Virus record (IMG/VR): IMGVR_UViG_3300021598_001506
Span: 2,408 to 66,407 of that record
Source of the DNA: a virus
Taxonomy: Duplodnaviria > Caudoviricetes
Direction: 5' to 3' (one strand)
DNA length: 64,000 nt
A model generated the notes under the pieces. The model saw nothing but the letters and a program-made list of their open reading frames with translations, had not been told where the DNA came from and did not search any database. Below are positions 27,272 to 39,340 of the stretch, one piece after another (positions within the stretch are counted from its first letter, which is position 1; the number at the start of each line of letters is the position of its first letter). The translations under genes and the position numbers were made by a program.

Positions 27272-28488
27272 TGTCGTCTTTAACCGAAAGACTCACTGAG
27301 CTAATTTCCCCAGGGCCAAGTGGTTCGGATATAAAAGCGACCAATACTCCTGAATCATGGAGACCTCGCCTCGAGATAGACCCAGAAAAAGGCGAAGGTT
27401 ATTTTATCTCCACTCCTAGACCAGCAGGAAATAGTCCTGATGGCATTGAATTATTAAAAGAATTTGATTTAGACCCGAATGATTGGACTATTACGTCCAT
27501 CAGAAAATCTCGCTGGCAGAATCATAAAGGCGATTGGCTTGAAGCTTTTCGAGCAAGTCTTGTACCAACCAGCACAAAACAATCTTCTGAACTTGATTTT
27601 GATTTAGAAAAATTAATACAAGATGTGTCAAAGTGGAGACCATCAAAAGTCTCACAAAAAATTACAGGTGATTTAGCTTTTATTTTTGCTCCAAGCGACC
27701 AACAAATCGGAAAAAGGCAAGGAGACATAGGAACCGACACAACGGTATCAAGGTTACTTACTCTTACAGAGATGGGAGTCCAACGACTTCTTGAACTAAG
27801 AAAAATTGGAAGACCTATAGGAACAGTAGTTATTCCACTACCAGGAGACCATGTAGAGGGTAATGTTTCTCAAAATGGAAGAATTCAAGGACAAGCAGCC
27901 TCTGATTTAGGAATTACAGAACAAACTAGACTTGCTAGACGAGTTCTTATGGCTCAAATTAAAGCTTTTGCTCCTCTAGCAGAGCGCATCATAGTTCCAG
28001 TGGTTAATGGAAACCATGACGAAGCAGGTCGTCAAGTTATTACAGACCCTTCAGATGGTTGGAATGTTGAGATTGCGAGCGCCGTTCAGGACGCTTGCGC
28101 TGAGAATGCAAATCTTTCTCATGTTGAGTTTAGATTCCCAGAGAAGTCGCATCAAACATTGTCAATAAATATCTGCGGAACTATGGTTGGCTTGTTCCAC
28201 GGACACCAGTCAGGTTCCAATGTTATGAAGTATCTTCAAGAGCAGTCTGCTGGTCAAACCGCCCTTGGAATGTCTGATATCTGGATTTCTGGACACTTTC
28301 ACAACTTTAAAACCATGGATATTGGTGAGCGTTTATGGCTCCAGTGCCCAACAGTCGACCCCGGTAGTGCGTGGTTTAGAGACCGCCACGGGCTAGAATC
28401 GCCACCCGGAGTTTTGACTCTTGTTGTAGGGGACGGCTATAACCCGAGAAGGGATATTAGCGTTCTTTCAGTGCCTAGGTCTGCATAA
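27271..28488 (+). CDS. calcineurin-like metallophosphoesterase
   Basis: SDQQ, GDHVE, GNHDE, FHGH and SGHFH motifs. Confidence 0.85.
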   Translation: MSSLTERLTELISPGPSGSDIKATNTPESWRPRLEIDPEKGEGYFISTPRPAGNSPDGIELLKEFDLDPNDWTITSIRKSRWQNHKGDWLEAFRASLVPTSTKQSSELDFDLEKLIQDVSKWRPSKVSQKITGDLAFIFAPSDQQIGKRQGDIGTDTTVSRLLTLTEMGVQRLLELRKIGRPIGTVVIPLPGDHVEGNVSQNGRIQGQAASDLGITEQTRLARRVLMAQIKAFAPLAERIIVPVVNGNHDEAGRQVITDPSDGWNVEIASAVQDACAENANLSHVEFRFPEKSHQTLSINICGTMVGLFHGHQSGSNVMKYLQEQSAGQTALGMSDIWISGHFHNFKTMDIGERLWLQCPTVDPGSAWFRDRHGLESPPGVLTLVVGDGYNPRRDISVLSVPRSA

Positions 28489-28594
28489 TTTAAGACATAG
28501 ACATGTCTATAACAGCGTACAATAGAGAACGATTTAGGAATCTGCTTGCCTGTGCAGATTTCAATCCATGCTATCGAGACCTGGAGCACCACTG

Positions 28595-31500
28595 ATGAGT
28601 TTTTCTCCTGACGTAAACACAAGAAATGTTGTGGGTCAGTACCTCAAGAGTTCTGGCTCTCCCGCTTCAGGAACAGTTACTTTTACAGCATCTAGCCGTA
28701 TTGAAGACGCAAACGATGCAATTATTGTATCTAGCCCAATTACAGCAACACTTGATAATACAGGCTCTTTCTCGGTTGAACTCCCTTGCACAGATGATTT
28801 AGACCTTAGCCCTCGTGGTTGGTATTGGACTGCAAAGGTAAGAGTTTCAGGAAGACGAGCAACAGAATTTAGATTTTATCTGCCAGAAGGCGATGGCAGT
28901 GATGTCGAGGTTACAAAGCTAGATACGGTTGACCGTATTACTACTTCCCCAGCGGGCATTGACGTCCTTCGTGGACAAGTTGGTCCAGCTGGTCCTCAAG
29001 GTCCTACAGGCCCAGCGGGTCCCGCTGGTGGACCTACAGGTGCTGTAGGTAGTACAGGTCCAACAGGAGCAACAGGTGCAACAGGCTCCGTCGGACCAAC
29101 AGGTGCAACAGGTGCGACAGGTGCAGCATCAACTGTAGAAGGACCAACTGGACCTACTGGTGCCACTGGTGCCACTGGTGCTCAAGGTGCAGCAAGCACA
29201 GTCACTGGACCTACAGGTGCAACTGGTCCTGCTGGTCAATTCGGTGGTGTAACAGTTGATTACACATTCTCAACAAATACAACAGATTCAGACCCAGGTT
29301 CTGGTCGAGTTAAATTTAACAACGTTGATCTTGCAGCTGCAACATACATGTTCATTGACGATGAGCAAGATGGTGCAATTGATGTCCAAAGTCTTCTAAC
29401 AACAATGATGGCTTCAACCAGTGAGTTGAAGGGCCACATTCGTATCTCTCGTAAGGGAGATTCAAACTACTTTGCAATGCTTGCTGTCGATGGTTATACA
29501 GAAGACACAGGTTATTTCAAGGTAAATGTAACTTACCTAAGCGGTCTTGCAACTGCGTTTGATAATAACGACGATGTAATTATCACCTTCGCTCGTGTTG
29601 GTGATGTTGGTGCACAGGGACCTACTGGTGCCACTGGTGCCACTGGTGCCACAGGTGCAACAGGTCCACAAGGTGCAGCTTCAAATGTTGCTGGTCCTAC
29701 AGGTGCCACTGGTGAAGTTGGTCCTACTGGTCCAACAGGTGCAACGGGTGCTGCAGGTGTAGATGGTGCTACTGGTGCAACAGGTGCACAGGGTCCTACA
29801 GGTGTAAAGGGTGACCAAGGAGATGTTGGTCCGACAGGTGCTACAGGTGCTACAGGCGTAGGTGCTACTGGTGCTACAGGTGCGACAGGTGCGCAAGGAC
29901 CTACTGGTGCGACAGGTGCTCAGGGTCTTCAAGGTATTCAAGGAGAGACTGGCCCTGCTGGTCCTACAGGCGCTACAGGCTCGCAAGGTCCTACAGGTGC
30001 AACTGGAGCAGCGTCTACAGTAGCTGGTCCAACAGGTCCTACTGGTGCTACAGGACAATTTGGTGGAGTCACACTTGATTACACATTTAGCAACAACACA
30101 GGTGACACAGACCCAGGTAGTGGAACTCTCAAGTTCAACAACGCTAACCTAACAAGCGCAACTTATCTCTACATTGATGATGAGTCTGATGGCGCTATTG
30201 ATATTCAAAATTACTTGCGAACAATTGATGACTCAACATCTGCAATCAAGGGTCACCTTCGCATTTCGCTAAAGAGCGACTCAAATAACTTTGCGTTCTA
30301 CGCAATTACTGGTGCAAGCATTGAGGCATCTGGATATTTCAAGATTCCAGTTTCACACCTTGATGGTCTTGCATCTTCATACTCAAATGGTGCAGATGTA
30401 ATAATCACATTTGCTCGTACTGGTGACAAAGGTGACACTGGTGCTACAGGTGCAACTGGAGCAACGGGTGCAACTGGTGCTACAGGTGCTCAAGGTATTA
30501 CTGGAGAGACAGGAGCTACAGGTGCCACAGGAGCGGCTGGACCTACAGGTGCTCAAGGAAGCACAGGAGCAACGGGAGCAACTGGACCAACTGGAGCTCA
30601 AGGAAATGTGGGCGACACTGGACCTACTGGTGCCGCAGGAGCCGATGGAGCAGTAGGTGCTACTGGTGCCACTGGTGCGCAGGGACCTACAGGTGCTACT
30701 GGTGCAACGGGTGCTACAGGTAATTTTGGTGGAGCTTCATTTGACTTCACATTCTCTTCAACTACAACTGAAGCAGACCCAGGTGTAGGAAAACTTAGAT
30801 TTAATCAATCTGATATTCAGATTGCTACATTCATGTTCATCGATGATGAATCTGACGGTGCAATTGATATTCAGGCATTCCTTCGTACAATCGATGACTC
30901 AACAAGCCCAATTAAGGGTCACTTCCGAATCAGCAATAAAACAAACTCTGCTGATTTTGGATTGTTTGCTATTACAGGAAATATCACCGAAAACAGCGGA
31001 TATTTCACAGTACCTGTTTCTTATGTCAGCGGTCTAGCAACATCCTTCTCAAATGATGAAGACATCATTATCACTTTTGCTCGTACTGGCGATATGGGTC
31101 CACAAGGTATCCAAGGACCTACTGGTGCTACAGGTGCTACAGGACCATCAGTAACTGGTGCTACTGGTCCAACAGGTGCTGCTTCAACTGTTGCTGGTCC
31201 AACAGGTCCTCAAGGTGAGGTAGGACCTACTGGTGCCACTGGAGCAGCGTCTACAGTAGCTGGTCCAACTGGTGCTACAGGTGCTACTGGTCCACAAGGT
31301 GAAGTCGGACCAACAGGTGCAACAGGTCCAACAGGAGCAGATAGCACAGTACCCGGTCCAACAGGTCCTCAAGGTGAGATTGGTGTAACTGGTCCACAAG
31401 GTGAAGTCGGACCAACAGGTGTAACTGGTCCTCAAGGTGAAATTGGTGTAACTGGTCCACAAGGTGAAATTGGTGTAACAGGTCCTCAAGGTGAGATTGG

Positions 31501-34500
31501 TGTAACTGGACCAACTGGTCCAACAGGCGAACGTGGAATTAGTTCTCTATCTTGGACATACAAAATAGATGTAACAAACACCGCAGATAGAGATCCAACC
31601 AATGACTATGTAGGTTTTGTAACTCTACCTTTTGAGTCAGCTACTCAAATTCTAGTAGACGACAATCCTTTTGGAATAAACACAACTCTTCACGATTTGT
31701 TCTTAGGCATTCAAAATGGCTACTTCACACTAACAAGTCAAACTAATGCTGGTACTTACGCCACATATGAGATTACTTCTTGTGTAGCTGGAACTGCTAC
31801 TAATGAGACAACACCTGGAAGTTATGTAGTTTTCAACGTAACTTCTTACACAGGTTATGGCTCATTTACTCATGATGAATTAGTTACATTGTCGCTTGGA
31901 CTTACTGGTCCTCAAGGTGAGGTAGGACCTACAGGTGTTACAGGTGCAACAGGTTCACAAGGTGACACTGGCCCTACTGGTCCTCAAGGTGAAATTGGTG
32001 TAACTGGTCCACAAGGTGAGCAAGGTGTAACTGGTCCACAAGGTGAAATTGGTGTTACTGGCCCTACTGGTCCTCAAGGTGAAATTGGTGTAACTGGTCC
32101 TCAAGGTGAAATTGGTGTAACTGGTCCTACTGGAGCTACTGGTGCGCAGGGTATTGCTGGTATTGGTGTAACCATTCTTGGTTCCTATCCAAATGAAGCA
32201 ACTCTTATTGCTGCAAACCCAACATACACAACCCCACCTGCCGACTGGGACAACTTTGCTATGTATGGACTATATGACTTAGTTACACATATAGGGCAAG
32301 TTTGGATTCTTGCTGCCACTGGTGGTTGGACTGTTGGCGGTGCACCTGGTCTAGGTTACGGCTGGGCTGAATACACTCAACCAACATCAGGTGATGGTTA
32401 TTTAGTAACTGGTGACCTCTATGTTTGGGATGCTGTAAACACTGAGTGGGACAACGTTGGAAATATTCAAGGTCCACAAGGTTCAACAGGACCAACTGGT
32501 TCTACTGGTGAGGCAGGACCAACTGGTCCAACTGGTTCACAAGGTGAACTTGGTAATTTTGCAATCTCTGATACAACACCACCTACAAATCCAAATAACG
32601 GTGATGCGTGGTTTAACAGCAACAACGGAAAAACTTACGTCTATTACGACGGTTATTGGATTGAGACTGGTGCAGCTCCTGTAGGACCAACTGGTCCTAC
32701 TGGTCCTCAAGGTGCTGATTCAACTGTAACTGGACCTGCGGGTGCTACAGGTCCTACTGGTCCAACTGGTTACCGAGGAATTACAGGTCCTCAAGGACCA
32801 ACAGGTCCAGAAGTAACTGGTCCTACTGGACCAACAGGTCCTACAGGTTCAACTGGACCTCAGGGTGCGATTGGTGCTACAGGTGCAACTGGTGCCCCAT
32901 CAAATGTAACTGGACCAACAGGACCAACTGGTCCAACTGGTCCACAAGGAACAGCTTTAAGTCTTCTTGGAGAGGTTGCAAACGTAGGTGCTTTGCCTAC
33001 AGGCGGAAACTCTCTCAATGATGGCTATGTAGTTGTTTCTAATGGAAATCTTTATGTGTGGGATGGTTTTGGTTGGGTTGATGCTGGACAGTTTGTAGGC
33101 CCTACAGGTCCTGACGGTCAATTTATCCCACAGGCAAACACTCCACCGTCAAATCCAGCAGCAGGTCAAGTTTGGTTTGATACAAACAATGGTGCCGTAT
33201 TTGTTTACTATGACGACTTCTGGGTAGAAGTTGGTAGTACCGAATTTGGTGGAGCTACAGGTCCAACTGGTGCACAGGGAACTATTGGAGCTACTGGTCC
33301 AACAGGTCCTCAGGGTGCTTCTCTAACATTTAGAGGAAACTTAAATACATCATCTCTTCTACCTACAGGCGGAAATCAGACTAACGATGCATACATCGTT
33401 ACTGATTCAGGAAACCTTTGGATTTGGAGTGGAATTGCTTGGACTGATAGAGGACGATTTGTAGGACCAACTGGTGCTACTGGTGCTACTGGACCAATTG
33501 TTACTGGTCCTACAGGTCCACAAGGTGTTGGTTCTCAAGCCAAGGGTTACTACAACACATACGCTGAGTTCATCGCTGGTGCTGGCGCAACTTCTGGTGA
33601 AGTTGGAGACTTCTACGTAATTTACGAAGAAGACACCATCTACATTTACACAGCAACTAATGGATGGATTGAAGCTGGTGCTTTGATTGGACCTACTGGT
33701 CCTACTGGTGCTAATTCAACAGTAGCTGGCCCTACTGGCCCAACAGGTGGAGCTGGTCCTACTGGAGCTACTGGTCCTCAGGGAACTTCAATCACCATGA
33801 AGTCAAGCGTTGCTAATGTTGGAGCTCTTCCAGCAACTGGTAACACAATTAATGATGGTCGTGCTGTTGATGCAGATGGTGACTTATACGTTTGGGATGG
33901 CGACAGCTGGAACAATGTTGGACAGATTGTTGGACCTACTGGTCCAACAGGTCCAGGAGTTACAGGCCCAACTGGCCCTGCATCTACTCAGCCAGGTCCT
34001 ACTGGTCCTACTGGTCCATTTGGTCCTACAGGTCCAAAGGGTGGCGTTACATATCGATTTACTTCTACTGGAGACAATGGTTCATACTCAGTTGAAGGAA
34101 TTGTTGGCAACAACCCAACACTAATTGCAGTACGTGGTGAGCGTTTATATATTGATGTAAGCCAAGTTTTAACTGCTAACCCACTTGCATTGAGACTAAG
34201 TCAGTTCTCTTCCTCAACAGTTCCAGGAACTGTTAATAACTCACCTACTCAAGGTAGGTCTGGTGCAAGTCCTGATACAACTATTATTTACGACGTTCCT
34301 TTGAATGCACCAACATCTTTGGTTTATGTAGATGTTACAGACCCAAGCATCGGTGGAATTATTGAAGTTGTAGATAAGATTGGTCCTACTGGTCCACAAG
34401 GTCCAGTTGGTGCTACAGGTTCTCCTGTATCTGCAACATATGTTCCTGTTGCTGGTGGAGTGACTGGAACTCCATCTGTTTTTGGAGAATATGTAAAGTA

Positions 34501-34816
34501 TGGTCAAGAAGTTGTATTCTCAGTTAGAATTGTGTACTCAAGCTCTACCTTTAGCGCAGCTCAGCTGACAGCGACACTTCCATTCCTACCTACTGGCGTT
34601 CAAGTAGTAACTGCTATTGGAGTATTGGACGTAGGCGGAGGTCAGAGTGGCGCTGTGTATGGAGTAAAGGCAGTATCTCAGGCTGAAGGTTCTGCAACTA
34701 TGAAGATTTGGTTTGAAGGAACAAACGGCCTGTTGACCGCGGTAACTGGAACAGCGCCAACTACACTTTCTACTAGCACAGTCCTTTACATAACAGGCTC
34801 TTACGTATCGAACTAG
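28595..34816 (+). CDS. giant collagen-like fibre protein with repeated globular modules
   Basis: long GPT/GAT triplet tracts; three near-repeated ~125-aa domains plus short Trp-containing modules; start ATG28595 with SD GGAG. Confidence 0.85.
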   Translation: MSFSPDVNTRNVVGQYLKSSGSPASGTVTFTASSRIEDANDAIIVSSPITATLDNTGSFSVELPCTDDLDLSPRGWYWTAKVRVSGRRATEFRFYLPEGDGSDVEVTKLDTVDRITTSPAGIDVLRGQVGPAGPQGPTGPAGPAGGPTGAVGSTGPTGATGATGSVGPTGATGATGAASTVEGPTGPTGATGATGAQGAASTVTGPTGATGPAGQFGGVTVDYTFSTNTTDSDPGSGRVKFNNVDLAAATYMFIDDEQDGAIDVQSLLTTMMASTSELKGHIRISRKGDSNYFAMLAVDGYTEDTGYFKVNVTYLSGLATAFDNNDDVIITFARVGDVGAQGPTGATGATGATGATGPQGAASNVAGPTGATGEVGPTGPTGATGAAGVDGATGATGAQGPTGVKGDQGDVGPTGATGATGVGATGATGATGAQGPTGATGAQGLQGIQGETGPAGPTGATGSQGPTGATGAASTVAGPTGPTGATGQFGGVTLDYTFSNNTGDTDPGSGTLKFNNANLTSATYLYIDDESDGAIDIQNYLRTIDDSTSAIKGHLRISLKSDSNNFAFYAITGASIEASGYFKIPVSHLDGLASSYSNGADVIITFARTGDKGDTGATGATGATGATGATGAQGITGETGATGATGAAGPTGAQGSTGATGATGPTGAQGNVGDTGPTGAAGADGAVGATGATGAQGPTGATGATGATGNFGGASFDFTFSSTTTEADPGVGKLRFNQSDIQIATFMFIDDESDGAIDIQAFLRTIDDSTSPIKGHFRISNKTNSADFGLFAITGNITENSGYFTVPVSYVSGLATSFSNDEDIIITFARTGDMGPQGIQGPTGATGATGPSVTGATGPTGAASTVAGPTGPQGEVGPTGATGAASTVAGPTGATGATGPQGEVGPTGATGPTGADSTVPGPTGPQGEIGVTGPQGEVGPTGVTGPQGEIGVTGPQGEIGVTGPQGEIGVTGPTGPTGERGISSLSWTYKIDVTNTADRDPTNDYVGFVTLPFESATQILVDDNPFGINTTLHDLFLGIQNGYFTLTSQTNAGTYATYEITSCVAGTATNETTPGSYVVFNVTSYTGYGSFTHDELVTLSLGLTGPQGEVGPTGVTGATGSQGDTGPTGPQGEIGVTGPQGEQGVTGPQGEIGVTGPTGPQGEIGVTGPQGEIGVTGPTGATGAQGIAGIGVTILGSYPNEATLIAANPTYTTPPADWDNFAMYGLYDLVTHIGQVWILAATGGWTVGGAPGLGYGWAEYTQPTSGDGYLVTGDLYVWDAVNTEWDNVGNIQGPQGSTGPTGSTGEAGPTGPTGSQGELGNFAISDTTPPTNPNNGDAWFNSNNGKTYVYYDGYWIETGAAPVGPTGPTGPQGADSTVTGPAGATGPTGPTGYRGITGPQGPTGPEVTGPTGPTGPTGSTGPQGAIGATGATGAPSNVTGPTGPTGPTGPQGTALSLLGEVANVGALPTGGNSLNDGYVVVSNGNLYVWDGFGWVDAGQFVGPTGPDGQFIPQANTPPSNPAAGQVWFDTNNGAVFVYYDDFWVEVGSTEFGGATGPTGAQGTIGATGPTGPQGASLTFRGNLNTSSLLPTGGNQTNDAYIVTDSGNLWIWSGIAWTDRGRFVGPTGATGATGPIVTGPTGPQGVGSQAKGYYNTYAEFIAGAGATSGEVGDFYVIYEEDTIYIYTATNGWIEAGALIGPTGPTGANSTVAGPTGPTGGAGPTGATGPQGTSITMKSSVANVGALPATGNTINDGRAVDADGDLYVWDGDSWNNVGQIVGPTGPTGPGVTGPTGPASTQPGPTGPTGPFGPTGPKGGVTYRFTSTGDNGSYSVEGIVGNNPTLIAVRGERLYIDVSQVLTANPLALRLSQFSSSTVPGTVNNSPTQGRSGASPDTTIIYDVPLNAPTSLVYVDVTDPSIGGIIEVVDKIGPTGPQGPVGATGSPVSATYVPVAGGVTGTPSVFGEYVKYGQEVVFSVRIVYSSSTFSAAQLTATLPFLPTGVQVVTAIGVLDVGGGQSGAVYGVKAVSQAEGSATMKIWFEGTNGLLTAVTGTAPTTLSTSTVLYITGSYVSN

Positions 34817-34837
34817 GAATGACAGAGAGGAGATAAC

Positions 34838-35539
34838 ATGCCAGCAATTGATTTTCCAAGTAACCCGACGTTGAATCAGGTTTACACAAATGGAGTTAAC
34901 ACCTATTCCTGGGATGGTACTGCTTGGCGACTAGTTCGTACTAGTGCTCAAGGTCCTACAGGTCCTACAGGACCAGCAGGTGCAGACTCAACAGCTATTG
35001 GTGCAACTGGACCTACAGGTGCGCAAGGACCGACTGGCCCAGAGGGACCAGCAGGAGCTCCTTCAACTACACCTGGTCCAATTGGGCCTACAGGTGCGAC
35101 AGGTTCTTTTGCGATTGAACCTTGGACTTTATACACACCTGTTTGGTATGGCAGCACAACTAATCCACAAATCGGTAATGGAATTATTCAAGGTAGATAT
35201 ACCTATGTAGGTGCAACAATTTTTGGAGAAATTAGAATTCAAGCTGGAACTTCTGGATTTAACAGAGGAAGTGGAACTTATTCTCTAAGCCTTCCTTCAA
35301 ACGGTATTGTCGAAAATTACCAGCCTGTAGGGCAAGTGGTTATGCGAGATGAAGGTCCAGGTATTACTTACTTTGGAACTGCAATTTTCAACAATAACTT
35401 TACAAACAGAATTGAATTGTTTATGCACTCACAGTCTGCAACATTTGATGAAGGTGTAGCAGTTACTGAAAGCACTCCATTTTTGTTTAGCGGTAATGAC
35501 AAGATTCTTGTCCAATTCACATATGAGTCAGTGGTATAG
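34838..35539 (+). CDS. collagen-like protein (AIDFP N-terminus)
   Basis: MPAIDFPSNP...WDGTAW, GPT tract and globular C-terminus. Confidence 0.82.
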   Translation: MPAIDFPSNPTLNQVYTNGVNTYSWDGTAWRLVRTSAQGPTGPTGPAGADSTAIGATGPTGAQGPTGPEGPAGAPSTTPGPIGPTGATGSFAIEPWTLYTPVWYGSTTNPQIGNGIIQGRYTYVGATIFGEIRIQAGTSGFNRGSGTYSLSLPSNGIVENYQPVGQVVMRDEGPGITYFGTAIFNNNFTNRIELFMHSQSATFDEGVAVTESTPFLFSGNDKILVQFTYESVV

Positions 35540-35553
35540 GAGGCGAGTAGATA

Positions 35554-37443
35554 ATGGCAGCTATTGATTTTCCTAATTCTCCTACACCAAACGATTTATT
35601 TACTTCAGGTAGTCAAACTTGGCAGTGGGATGGAACTTCTTGGAACTTAGTTATTTCTCAAGTTGTTGGTCCTACTGGTCCACAAGGTCCTACTGGAGCA
35701 GCAAGTAATGTAACTGGTCCAACGGGTGCGACAGGCACTGTTCTCTTAGCATCAGACACTCCTCCAACTGGAGCTTCTGCAGGTGATGCTTGGTTAAACA
35801 CTGCAACTGGAAAAATTTATGTTTACTTTGATGACTACTGGGTTGAGTCTGCATCAAGTTTGAGCGGTAGCGAAGGTCCTACTGGACCAACAGGCGCTAC
35901 TGGCCCTCAAAGTACAGTTCTAGGACCAACAGGTCCTACAGGTTCAACAGGACCTACAGGCCCACAAGGAAATACAGGCCCATCTGGTCCTCGAGGTTTT
36001 GACATAACTGGGCCTACTGGCCCACAAGGTCCTACAGGTGCGCAAGGTGTTACTGGTCCTGAAGGTGAAAGAGGTCCTACAGGTCCTATTGGACCAATCG
36101 GAAATACTGGTCCTCAAGGTGAAGAAGGTGTTACTGGTCCAACTGGTGCACAAGGTTTACAAGGTGCTACAGGTCCAACTGGTCCTCGCGGATTCGTTGG
36201 TCCTACTGGCCCAGTAGGTGCTACTGGTCCGTCAGTGACTGGTGCAACAGGTGCAACAGGTGCTTCTGGCCCGACAGGTCCTGCAGGTGGACCTACTGGA
36301 CCAACAGGCGCTACTGGTCCTACTGGTTCTGAAGGTCCAACTGGTGCTGCTGGTCTTCGTGGTGCTACAGGTGCTACAGGTGCAACTGGTGCTGCTTCTA
36401 CTATTCCAGGACCGACTGGTCCTACAGGTCCATCTGTCACTGGCCCAACTGGTGCTGCTTCCAATATTCCAGGACCTACAGGTCCAACAGGAGCAACAGG
36501 TGCTGGACCTACTGGCCCTACAGGTGCAGCGGGGGCAAGTTTTGCTGGAGTAACATCTACAAGCAACCTCTCTGTTTCTTTAGGATCTGAAAACTTTATT
36601 GTTAATAAAGTTGATGCTTTTGCTGTCGGAACTCGAGCTCGCTTAGCTAGCTCTGCCTTTCCTCAGGATTATATGGAAGGCATCATCACCACAATTGTTG
36701 GCACAACCATCACCATGTTTGTGGACAAGGTAAATGGTGAAGGTAATACATACGCAAGTTGGAATTTACTTCTCGGTGCTGGAGAAATTGGACCTACAGG
36801 TCCAACAGGTCCACAAGGTGCATCTATTAAGTTCAAAGGTACTGTTCAATTTGACGTAAATCTTCCAGCAAGTGGAAATCAAATTAACGATGCTTATGTA
36901 GTTTCTGCAACAGGTGACCTTTGGGTTTGGAACGGAACTACTTGGCAAAATGTGGGACGTATTCAAGGTCCTACTGGAGGCACAGGACCTACTGGTTCAC
37001 AAGGACTAATTGGACCAACAGGTGCGACAGGTGCTGCTAGCACTGTAGCTGGCCCTACTGGCCCAACAGGAAGCACGGGGCCTACAGGCTCTACTGGTAT
37101 TCAAGGACCTACTGGCCCTGCATTCTTTAATCTAACTGGTCCTCAGTATCTATCTTCTGTAACTCTTACTGCCAATGACAATGCTTCTCTAGTTAAGCTA
37201 AACAGCTCTTCTCCTACTGTTGTAACTATTCCAGCAGATGGAACTAGCGGATATACATTCGACACTGGTTCTCAGATTGTTTTGACTCAACTGGGCAGCG
37301 CTGTTTTCAGTGTCACTGGTGCTGCAGGAGTTAGTGTTCTTAGTGAAGGAAGTCGCTATACAAGTAAGCAGCGTTATGCAGTCGCCTCTTTGATTAAGCT
37401 CGGGGCTAACTCATGGCTGCTAAGCGGAAACCTACAGGCTTAG
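35554..37443 (+). CDS. collagen-like protein (AIDFP N-terminus)
   Basis: [10 protein letters not shown], long GPT tracts; C-terminal domain paralogous to 53807. Confidence 0.85.
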   Translation: MAAIDFPNSPTPNDLFTSGSQTWQWDGTSWNLVISQVVGPTGPQGPTGAASNVTGPTGATGTVLLASDTPPTGASAGDAWLNTATGKIYVYFDDYWVESASSLSGSEGPTGPTGATGPQSTVLGPTGPTGSTGPTGPQGNTGPSGPRGFDITGPTGPQGPTGAQGVTGPEGERGPTGPIGPIGNTGPQGEEGVTGPTGAQGLQGATGPTGPRGFVGPTGPVGATGPSVTGATGATGASGPTGPAGGPTGPTGATGPTGSEGPTGAAGLRGATGATGATGAASTIPGPTGPTGPSVTGPTGAASNIPGPTGPTGATGAGPTGPTGAAGASFAGVTSTSNLSVSLGSENFIVNKVDAFAVGTRARLASSAFPQDYMEGIITTIVGTTITMFVDKVNGEGNTYASWNLLLGAGEIGPTGPTGPQGASIKFKGTVQFDVNLPASGNQINDAYVVSATGDLWVWNGTTWQNVGRIQGPTGGTGPTGSQGLIGPTGATGAASTVAGPTGPTGSTGPTGSTGIQGPTGPAFFNLTGPQYLSSVTLTANDNASLVKLNSSSPTVVTIPADGTSGYTFDTGSQIVLTQLGSAVFSVTGAAGVSVLSEGSRYTSKQRYAVASLIKLGANSWLLSGNLQA

Positions 37444-37444
37444 A

Positions 37445-38368
37445 ATGCTGATATCTACCCATGCAATGCATGCGACCCTGCCAGTAGCTTTTTTACCTAC
37501 TAGCTGGTCACTTGTTCCTACCAGTTCTTTTGGCTCTACCAACATTAATTCAATTGCTACAAATGGCATGGGGCAATTTGTAGCAGTCGGTAGTTCTGGA
37601 AAACTTGCTACATCTAACGATGTTTCAACTAGTTGGACCCAGAGAACTTCTGGTTTTGCTGGTAGCAATATTTATGCAGTGGCATATGGAGACGATATTT
37701 ATGTTGTTGGAGGAAGTTCTGGAAAACTTGCTACATCAACTGATGGAATAAACTGGACACTACGTTCATCTTCTTTTGGTGCTAGTGCAATCTTGGGAAT
37801 CACATACTCTCAAGCGGCAGGTTTGTGGATTGCTGTAGGCGGTTCTGGAAAGTTAGCTACTTCTATTGATGGAATTGAGTGGACTCAAAGACTTTCTTCT
37901 TTTGGAACTTCTTTTATAAACAACGTCTACTCTGACGCAAATCTTATTATTGCTGTTGGATATGATGGAAAACTTGCAACATCAACAAATGGGGTCAGTT
38001 GGACTCAACGGGGGTCATCTTTTATATCAAGCACAATTTTCTCAGTTGTAGGAAATCCAGCAAGAGACAAGTACATTGCCGTTGGAGACTCAGGAAAGAT
38101 TGCTAGCTCGACGAATGGTCTTACATGGATTCAATCTTTCCCCGCAAGCAGCTTTGGTTCCTCTCAAATTAGGTCTGTTGCAGCAAATAGCGAAAACTAC
38201 TATTTAGCTGGAGGAACTGCAGGAAAAGTGGCTACCTCAACGGATTCTATTCAATGGATTCAAAGAAATTCTGGTGTAGGTATATCCAACGTAAATGATG
38301 TTTATTTCGACGAGTCTTTAGCCATTGTTGTTGGAAACGGTGGCAAAATTGCTTATTCAGGAGGGTAA
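37445..38368 (+). CDS. beta-propeller repeat protein
   Basis: about 7 repeats of AVG.SGKLATS.DG..WTQR. Confidence 0.8.
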   Translation: MLISTHAMHATLPVAFLPTSWSLVPTSSFGSTNINSIATNGMGQFVAVGSSGKLATSNDVSTSWTQRTSGFAGSNIYAVAYGDDIYVVGGSSGKLATSTDGINWTLRSSSFGASAILGITYSQAAGLWIAVGGSGKLATSIDGIEWTQRLSSFGTSFINNVYSDANLIIAVGYDGKLATSTNGVSWTQRGSSFISSTIFSVVGNPARDKYIAVGDSGKIASSTNGLTWIQSFPASSFGSSQIRSVAANSENYYLAGGTAGKVATSTDSIQWIQRNSGVGISNVNDVYFDESLAIVVGNGGKIAYSGG

Positions 38369-38370
38369 GG

Positions 38371-38547
38371 ATGTTTAGCTACAACTTGACATATGACAAT
38401 CCAAGAGGTCCTATGGTTGAAGTTTTAGATGGTGCCAACGTGATTGACGAGAGTGGTCCGTGGGAGTCTATCGAGTCAGCCACCACTTGGGCAGAAGCAT
38501 ATGTGGGATTAAAAAATTCAAATGAATCAGAACCAGAAGTTGGATAG
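38371..38547 (+). CDS. 58-aa hypothetical protein (not in ORF track)
   Basis: SD GGAGG; MFSYNLTYDNPRGP...GPWESIESATTWAEAY. Confidence 0.65.
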   Translation: MFSYNLTYDNPRGPMVEVLDGANVIDESGPWESIESATTWAEAYVGLKNSNESEPEVG

Positions 38548-38595
38548 TAATTATCCAAGTAAAATAGATAGTTAGTCCAGAAAGGAGCAAGCAGA

Positions 38596-39246
38596 GTGGC
38601 AGCAATTGATTTTCCAACGCCCGTAGTAGTTGGAGAAGAGTTCACATCTGGCGGTCAAACCTGGGTCTGGACTGGACTAGTTTGGGAAGCTAAGCGTGTA
38701 ACCCCAACAGGTCCTACTGGTCCACAAGGTATTCAGGGTCCTACTGGAGCTACTGGTCCACAAGGTGACACTGGTCCACAAGGTATTCAAGGTCCTACAG
38801 GTCCAGTATCAGATGTAGCTGGTCCTAGTGGTCCAATTGGTCCTACAGGTCCTCAGGGTCCTACAGGTCCACAAGGTTTGCAAGGAGACCAAGGTCCTCG
38901 CGGTTTTACTGGTCCAACAGGAGCAGATTCAAATGTTACAGGTCCACAAGGTCCAACAGGACCTCGTGGTGTTACAGGTCCTACTGGTACTACAGGCCCA
39001 CAGTCTGAAGTTCCAGGTCCTACAGGTCCTACTGGCCCAGTCGGTAAGTTTACTGCTAGCCCAACTCAACCTGATTTGTTGACTGCCGTTAATGGTGATG
39101 CTTGGTTTGATACAAACACCGCTATTACTTATGTTTTTTACAACGGAGTTTTTATTGAGACTCAGGGTGGTTCAACAGGACCAGCTGGAGCAACAGGTCC
39201 TGTAGGTTCTTTTGCGGTTAGCACAAGCTGGTGGTTAGGTACTTAA
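38596..39246 (+). CDS. collagen-like protein (AIDFP N-terminus)
   Basis: SD AAGGAG; [15 protein letters not shown] tract, GDAWF module. Confidence 0.82.
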   Translation: MAAIDFPTPVVVGEEFTSGGQTWVWTGLVWEAKRVTPTGPTGPQGIQGPTGATGPQGDTGPQGIQGPTGPVSDVAGPSGPIGPTGPQGPTGPQGLQGDQGPRGFTGPTGADSNVTGPQGPTGPRGVTGPTGTTGPQSEVPGPTGPTGPVGKFTASPTQPDLLTAVNGDAWFDTNTAITYVFYNGVFIETQGGSTGPAGATGPVGSFAVSTSWWLGT

Positions 39247-39340
39247 TAATGCAAAACACGAGCACTTTTTTAAAATCAAAGATTTGTAGCAGTGGTATTC
39301 TACTAACAGATCTCGTGTGTGGTGAGAGAGGTAATGATTA

